A stretch of DNA of 29,997 bases from Candidatus Eiseniibacteriota bacterium (GTDB lineage: Bacteria; Joyebacterota; Joyebacteria; Joyebacterales; Joyebacteraceae): NCBI GenBank assembly GCA_043819135.1, contig JBDRFG010000079.1:1-29997 (forward strand). Direction: 5' to 3'. Within the stretch, counting starts at the first letter, position 1. Each line of letters begins with the position of its first letter. The notes under the pieces were generated by a model. That model was not told where the DNA came from, made no database searches, and saw only the letters and a list, made by a program, of their open reading frames with translations. Below, piece after piece: positions 24,300 to 29,997 of the stretch. Position numbers and translations under genes: made by a program.

Positions 24300-26165
24300 A
24301 TGCACAGGCGTCGTGACGGGGGACCTCTGCGAACCAGGATAGTAGCCACGCTCGGTGGGCTCGCACATGAGATGTACGACCCGTCGGGTAGCAGGACAGC
24401 GGCGTTCGCGTCCAGTGGCTCCGACTGGGAAGAGTTCCTCGAGTGGTTCCGGGACGGTGAGGACTACCTCATCGACGTTCTCAGGATGAACATGTCCTTC
24501 TACGAGCCCGCTCCGGACGGCGCGCCCGATCCCGAGTGCAAGGAACTCAAGATACTCGACTGGCTCATGGCCAACCGTCAGACGCTCGAGGGCGTGGCCG
24601 TTCTTGGCGACCTGCCGGGACCGAAGCTCAGACTGATGGGCGTGGGCAGCGTCGCGTCCCATCGCGCGGGTGACCGGGTCACGTTGAAACTGGCCGGTGA
24701 CTGCTCGACTCCGACCATATGCGTCTACGGCCGGCCCGTTGCGGAGGAGGACGGCGGCATCACTGAGAGGCTTGTTTCCTACCGCGATCGAGAGGAGCGC
24801 CCTCTTGTGTCGATAGGCGACGGAACGGCCACGCTCAGGCTCATTGACGTGACGGACGACGCGATCGTGTGCGAGGCCGTGGAGGACGGGCGTCTTGCCG
24901 AGCGCAAGGGCGTCACCTTCAAGGGACTGTCTCTCGATCTCAGCACGTTTCGGGAGGACGACGAGCAGGCGGTGGACTTCCTCCTCGAGCACGGCATCGA
25001 CTGGGACGAACACCCGTGGGAGAGCGGGAGCGCCGGCGGTTTCCTGGCGTTCATTGCTGTGTCGTTCGTTCGGAGCGCCGAGGACGTGGAACGGGCGAGG
25101 CGCTACGTGGAGAACCGCGTGACCGAACGACTGCGGCCGAGGTTCGGGCACCTCGGAGAGGACGCGCTCAGGCTCGAGGCGCGGAACTTCGCGCCCGCGA
25201 TCATCGCCAAGATAGAGACGAAGGAGGCGACGGAGGACATAGAGCGCATTCTGGACGTGGCGGACGGCGCCATGGTCGCGCGCGGAGATCTCGCGCTGCA
25301 GATCGGGCCCCACAATGTCCCCGGTTTCCAGAAGAGGCTCATCCGGCTCTGCAATCTGAGAGGGAAGCCTGTTATCACAGCCACGCAGATGCTGATATCG
25401 ATGGTCGACGAGCCCGAACCGACCCGAGCCGAAGCCAGCGACGTGTTCAACGCCATCCTCGACGGGACCGACGCCGTAATGCTCTCCGATGAGACCGCCT
25501 CAGGGAAGTACCCCTTCCAGGCAGTGCGAACCATGATAGACATCGCCGAGGCCGCGGAGGAACATCTGGAGGGCACGGGGCGGTTCGGGCCGGTGGAGGA
25601 CGCCGAGAGGCGACGCGTGGTCGAACGACGCACGCACGATCTCGTGCTCGACTCGGAGGCCGAGATACCCAGGATGAAGGCGAGGCTCAAGGCGGCGCTC
25701 GAGCGTGCGAGCGAAGAGGGCGACAGCTGGCTCGCCGACATGTACGGCGAGAAGCTGGAGAGGTGCCGCGCCCAGAAGATAACGGACGAAATATCGTCGG
25801 CCGCGTGTGCGTTCTCCGCAAGCGGGGACGACTACCGTGCGATAGTCGCGCCCACCACTTCCGGCCGCACGGTAAGGATGATCGCGCGGTTTCGCCCGAA
25901 CGTCGTTATCCTCGGTTGCGCCCACGATTCTCTCAATCAGAAGAAGCTGTTGATGAGCCTCGGTGTCTGCCCGATCAACAGCGGTAGGATGGGTGACGGT
26001 CCGGGCGGGCTTCTCGGCGACACCGAGAGCGTCTTCCGCACATGCAGCGCCATTCTCAAGAGCAGGGGCATGCTCGAGCCGGGGGCCCTCGTGGTCTGGA
26101 CGGCCGGGAGTTCGCTGTTCGTGCCGGGCACGACGAACCTCATCAAGATACGGAGGGTCGAGTAA
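24300..26165 (+). CDS. pyk: Pyruvate kinase (divergent, with insertions)
   Basis: TRIVATLG, DLPGPKLR, SFVRS, IIAKIE, MVARGDL, ITATQML, PTRAEASDVFNAILDGTDAVMLS, TTSGRT, GTTN. Confidence 0.88.
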   Translation: MHRRRDGGPLRTRIVATLGGLAHEMYDPSGSRTAAFASSGSDWEEFLEWFRDGEDYLIDVLRMNMSFYEPAPDGAPDPECKELKILDWLMANRQTLEGVAVLGDLPGPKLRLMGVGSVASHRAGDRVTLKLAGDCSTPTICVYGRPVAEEDGGITERLVSYRDREERPLVSIGDGTATLRLIDVTDDAIVCEAVEDGRLAERKGVTFKGLSLDLSTFREDDEQAVDFLLEHGIDWDEHPWESGSAGGFLAFIAVSFVRSAEDVERARRYVENRVTERLRPRFGHLGEDALRLEARNFAPAIIAKIETKEATEDIERILDVADGAMVARGDLALQIGPHNVPGFQKRLIRLCNLRGKPVITATQMLISMVDEPEPTRAEASDVFNAILDGTDAVMLSDETASGKYPFQAVRTMIDIAEAAEEHLEGTGRFGPVEDAERRRVVERRTHDLVLDSEAEIPRMKARLKAALERASEEGDSWLADMYGEKLERCRAQKITDEISSAACAFSASGDDYRAIVAPTTSGRTVRMIARFRPNVVILGCAHDSLNQKKLLMSLGVCPINSGRMGDGPGGLLGDTESVFRTCSAILKSRGMLEPGALVVWTAGSSLFVPGTTNLIKIRRVE

Positions 26166-27479
26166 TTGCTGGAGCTACTTATCGGTGCGTGTCTCGTGAC
26201 CTTGCTGATAGCCGTCGTGCTTCTCGTGCTGCTGCTGCGCCGGCCGATTGCCGGGTCCGATTCGGGCGTGGAACGGGCGGTGCGTGAAGAGCTGAGGGCC
26301 GCGAGGGAGGAATCGGGTGGAGTCGGACGGGAACTGCGCGAGGAGCTGACGAAGTCGCAGCAGTCGGGGGCCGAGGTCGTGGTGCAGACCATAGGCCAAA
26401 TGGGGTCGAGCCAGCGCGAGGCCATGGAGGCCGTGACGAAGGAGATCAAGGAACTCTCCGGGTCGAACGAGGCGCGGCTCGAGCAGCTGCGAGGAACGCT
26501 CGACGTCAAGCTCGACCAGCTGCGGGAGAGCAACGACGCCAAGCTCGAGGAGATGCGCCGCACCGTCGACGAGAAGCTGCACGACACCCTGGAGAAGCGA
26601 CTCGGAGAGTCGTTCAAACTGGTGAGCGCCCAGCTTGAAGCAGTCCAGAGCGGACTGGGGGAGATGCGCAGTCTCGCGACGGGGGTCGGCGACCTCAAGA
26701 AGGTCCTCTCGAACGTGAAGACACGCGGGACTCTGGGAGAGGTCCAGCTCGGGGCGATCCTGGAGGACATCCTCACCGTAGGCCAGTACGACACGAACGT
26801 CCAGACGAAGCCGGACTCTCGCGAGAACGTGGAGTACGCCGTGAGGTTGCCCGGGCCCGACGACGAACCCGACCGGCAGGTCTGGCTGCCCATCGACTCC
26901 AAGTTCCCGCAGGAGGACTACCAGCGCCTGGTGGACGCGTCGGAGGAGGGCGATGCCGATGCCGTCAAGGTCTCTACCGCGAGCCTGGTGCGCTCGGTGA
27001 AGAACTGCGCGAAGGACATCTCCGAGAAGTACGTGAGCCCGCCCGATACCACGGACTTCGCGATCATGTTCCTCCCGACGGAAGGACTCTACGCGGAGGT
27101 CCTGCGCCAGCCGGGGCTGCTGGATGAGCTCATGCGGGTGAACCGCGTGGTGGTCGCGGGGCCGACAACTCTCGCGGCGATACTCTCCAGCCTGCGGATG
27201 GGCTTCAGGACGCTTGCGATCGAGAAGCGCTCGAGCGAGGTGTGGCAGGTCCTGGCCGCCGTCAAGACCGAGTTCGGGAGGTTCGGCGCCGTGCTCGACA
27301 AGCTCGAGAAACAGCTCGGAACCGCCAGCAAGACGGTGAGCGAGACCGGCAGGAGAACGCGCGCCATCGCACGGAAGCTCCGCGACGTCGAGGAGCTGCC
27401 GGAGTCGTCGTCGTCCGAGCTCTTGAGGCTCGAGTCTGACGCCGTCGACGAAGCGGAGCTTGAGGATGAAGACGCGTAG
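26166..27479 (+). CDS. rmuC: DNA recombination protein RmuC
   Basis: N-terminal TM and coiled coil; KTRGTLGEVQL, LPIDSKFP, TDFAIMFLPTEGLYAE, GPTTL. Confidence 0.93.
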   Translation: MLELLIGACLVTLLIAVVLLVLLLRRPIAGSDSGVERAVREELRAAREESGGVGRELREELTKSQQSGAEVVVQTIGQMGSSQREAMEAVTKEIKELSGSNEARLEQLRGTLDVKLDQLRESNDAKLEEMRRTVDEKLHDTLEKRLGESFKLVSAQLEAVQSGLGEMRSLATGVGDLKKVLSNVKTRGTLGEVQLGAILEDILTVGQYDTNVQTKPDSRENVEYAVRLPGPDDEPDRQVWLPIDSKFPQEDYQRLVDASEEGDADAVKVSTASLVRSVKNCAKDISEKYVSPPDTTDFAIMFLPTEGLYAEVLRQPGLLDELMRVNRVVVAGPTTLAAILSSLRMGFRTLAIEKRSSEVWQVLAAVKTEFGRFGAVLDKLEKQLGTASKTVSETGRRTRAIARKLRDVEELPESSSSELLRLESDAVDEAELEDEDA

Positions 27480-27546
27480 GTCGCACGGGACGGATCGCCG
27501 CGCCGGGGACCGAGAGAGATGACCGACCCGGGGGAAGACAGACGAA

Positions 27547-29475
27547 ATGGGCAAGACGGACGCGCGTGGACACGACCCGCAGCCCGGTGAGAAGCGGGGC
27601 AACGGAGCTCTTCGCAAGGAGCTCGGCCTGATGGCCATATTCTGTATCGCCTCGGGGGCAATGATCAGCTCCGGGCTGTTCGTGCTGCCCGGCATCGCCT
27701 TCGCTGAAACCGGCCCATCGGTCGTTCTGGCGTACCTGCTGGCCGGCGTGCTGGTCATTCCGGCGCTCTTCAGCAAGGCCGAGCTCGCCACCGCGATGCC
27801 CAAGGCCGGCGGCGACTACTTTTTCATAGAACGAAGCATGGGCGGCGCCTTCGGCACCATAGGCGGCATGGCCACGTGGCTGTCGCTGACCCTCAAGACG
27901 GCCTTCGCGCTCGTCGGCATGGGCTCCTTCGCAGTGCTTCTGTTTCCGGGCACCACGGTGCTGGAGATCAAGGTGCTGGCCATCGGGCTCTGCATCGTCT
28001 TCATGTTCATCAATCTCGTGGGCGCCAGACACGCAGGCAGACTTCAGTCTGTGCTGGTCATGGCCCTGTTCGCTGCGCTGGCCTACTTCGTTGCGCGGGG
28101 GTTGCCCCACGTCGAGGCGGCCAGGTTCGAGCCCTTCATGCCGAAGGGCTCCGGTGCGCTGTTCGCAACGGCGGGTCTTGTGTTCGTCTCCTACGGCGGT
28201 CTGACCAAGGCCGCGAGCGTCGCCGAGGAGGCGAGGAACCCCGGGCGCGACATTCCGCTCGGCATGATCCTCGCCTTCGTCATCGTCACGGCGTTCTACG
28301 CGCTCGCCACGTTCACTACAGTCGGGACCCTGGACGGTCCCACGCTCGCGGCAACGCGCACGCCGCTCTCGACGGCTGCGGGGGCGTTCATGGGCACACC
28401 AGGGCTGATCATCATGGCGGTCGCCGCCATGGCCGCGTTCATAACGACGGGGAACGCGGGGATACTCTCCGCGTCACGGACGCCGATGGCGATGAGCAAG
28501 GACGGTCTCCTGCCGGGCTTCCTGGCCAGAGTGAACCGGCGGTTCGGCACGCCCCACTACGGCATCCTCGCGACGGGCCTCATCATGATCGCTGCGATCG
28601 CCTTCCTTGACCTCGTGACTCTGGTCAAGGTTGCGTCGACCATGAAGATATTGCTGTTTCTGATGGTCAATCTGGCAGTCATCGTCATGCGGGAGAGCCG
28701 CATCCAGCACTACAGGCCGACCTTCCGCTCCCCGTTCTACCCGTGGGTGCAGGGCGCCGGCATCATTCTCTACGGTTTCCTCGTGTTCGAGATGGGCACC
28801 ATTCCTCTGGTGCTCACCGCGGTCTTCTTCGGGGGCAGCCTGCTCTGGTACTTCGCGTATGTGGGAATCCACAAGAAGCGAGACTCGGCACTGATACAGG
28901 TCGTGCGCCGCGTCACCGACAGCGACCTCGTGACCTCCGTCCCCGGTCTGGAGAGCGAGCTCCGGGAGATCCTCAAGGAGCGCGACGACATCATCGAGGA
29001 CCGGTTCGATTGCATGATCCATGAGTGCACGATCCTCGATCGTGAGGAACCGGAGTCGGTCTGGGACTTTTTCCGCGGCATAGCGGGCACGCTCGCCGGC
29101 GAACTCGGTATGACCGAGGACCGCGTTTACGACCTGCTCGTCGAGCGTGAGAACGAGTCGACCACCGCACTGAGAGCCGGACTCGCGATGCCACACATCG
29201 TCGTGGAGGGAACGGGCGTCTTCCGGTTGCTGCTCGCCCGTTCGAGGCAGGGCATCGAGTTCGGCGAGGGTGTGCCGCCCGTGCACGCGGTGTTCGTGCT
29301 GATGGGTTCGGCCGACGAGCGCAACTACCACCTCAGGGCGCTCATGCACGTCGCGCAGATCACGCAGGAACCGGGATTCGACGCCAGGTGGATGGCGGCA
29401 ACGGGTCCGGAGCAGCTTCGCAACACCGTTCTTCTGGGAGAACGCAGGCGCGACGTCGGGGAGCGGAGCCGGTAG
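27547..29475 (+). CDS. APC-family amino acid permease with C-terminal PTS EIIA-like domain
   Basis: GAMISSGLFVLPG, AELATAMPKAGG, AEEARNP, FGTPH; C-terminal RENESTT...GLAMPH. Confidence 0.9.
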   Translation: MGKTDARGHDPQPGEKRGNGALRKELGLMAIFCIASGAMISSGLFVLPGIAFAETGPSVVLAYLLAGVLVIPALFSKAELATAMPKAGGDYFFIERSMGGAFGTIGGMATWLSLTLKTAFALVGMGSFAVLLFPGTTVLEIKVLAIGLCIVFMFINLVGARHAGRLQSVLVMALFAALAYFVARGLPHVEAARFEPFMPKGSGALFATAGLVFVSYGGLTKAASVAEEARNPGRDIPLGMILAFVIVTAFYALATFTTVGTLDGPTLAATRTPLSTAAGAFMGTPGLIIMAVAAMAAFITTGNAGILSASRTPMAMSKDGLLPGFLARVNRRFGTPHYGILATGLIMIAAIAFLDLVTLVKVASTMKILLFLMVNLAVIVMRESRIQHYRPTFRSPFYPWVQGAGIILYGFLVFEMGTIPLVLTAVFFGGSLLWYFAYVGIHKKRDSALIQVVRRVTDSDLVTSVPGLESELREILKERDDIIEDRFDCMIHECTILDREEPESVWDFFRGIAGTLAGELGMTEDRVYDLLVERENESTTALRAGLAMPHIVVEGTGVFRLLLARSRQGIEFGEGVPPVHAVFVLMGSADERNYHLRALMHVAQITQEPGFDARWMAATGPEQLRNTVLLGERRRDVGERSR

Positions 29476-29526
29476 GCTCTTCGGGCGTCCGCTGAACGCC
29501 ACGGCCCGGACAATGAGGAGGGGCTC

Positions 29527-29781
29527 TTGGAGGGCAAGGAGATAGTCGTCTATACGATGACGGGATGTGCTCACTGCGCCGGGGTCAAGGCCTACCTGAA
29601 CGAGAAGGGCATCGAGTTCACTGAGCGAAACGTCCTCGAGGACGAGCAGGCGATGGCAGACTTCAAGGAACTGGGATTCAGGGGCACTCCGGTGACGCTC
29701 GTCGGAGAAGAGGCGATCGTAGGATTCGACAGAAAGAGACTCGAGGAGTTGCTCCCCGATTCAGACGCGGGAGAATCGTAG
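29527..29781 (+). CDS. Glutaredoxin/NrdH-like redoxin
   Basis: GAGGAGG RBS; CAHC active site; TP motif; IVGFD. Confidence 0.9.
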   Translation: MEGKEIVVYTMTGCAHCAGVKAYLNEKGIEFTERNVLEDEQAMADFKELGFRGTPVTLVGEEAIVGFDRKRLEELLPDSDAGES

Positions 29782-29825
29782 GCCACGAATGGACGGCGCG
29801 CGTCAAAGGCGCCGGGGAGGTCCTC

Positions 29826-29997
29826 GTGAGGGTGAGGACGGCGCGGGCCGCGGATCTCGCAGCCATGAACGAGATCTACAATCATGAGGTGGCGAGCGGC
29901 ACGAGCACCTTCGACACTGAGCCGCGAAACGGTGAGCGTGGGCGAGAGTGGTTCGATTCCCACGGGGACGACGCGTATCCGATCCTGGTCGCCGAAA
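29826..29997 (+). CDS. Pat/YncA-type GNAT acetyltransferase (partial, runs off window)
   Basis: GGAGG-GTG29826; DLAAMNEIYNHEV...TSTFDTEP...WF...YPILVAE. Confidence 0.8.
   Translation, partial: MRVRTARAADLAAMNEIYNHEVASGTSTFDTEPRNGERGREWFDSHGDDAYPILVAE

Noticed and set aside
11445..29574. Long minus-strand ORFs (e.g. 11445-12821, 13220-14452, 24162-25313, 26175-27803, 28474-29574)
   Set aside because: They are antisense shadows of well-supported + strand genes in GC-rich DNA and have no recognisable motifs.

Overview
GC-rich bacterial window in which every intact gene lies on the + strand; only two IS remnants lie on the - strand. Positions ~149-10905 are an integron gene-cassette array. It has about 12 related attC sites (consensus RYYTAAC-N5-TATGCAnCCG...CGCTCGCGGCTGATACGCGGTCCGTTRRRY) that generally become more degraded from left to right. 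No integrase is in view, and an IS481-family element abuts the first attC at the left edge. A truncated IS110-family (IS1111-type) element sits inside the third attC and keeps its left end and short non-coding leader, a candidate seekRNA/bridge RNA. Cassette cargo includes rsgA, methyltransferases, a ZIP transporter and two secreted proteins sharing a C-terminal 'VEQ[TS][TS]WGVxKxxxR' motif. From ~10.9 to 24 kb cassette-like accessory genes and pseudogenes continue without clear attC sites. The window ends with an atypical pyruvate kinase, rmuC, an APC permease-EIIA fusion, a glutaredoxin and a partial GNAT gene. All family calls come from motif recognition, not database searches.
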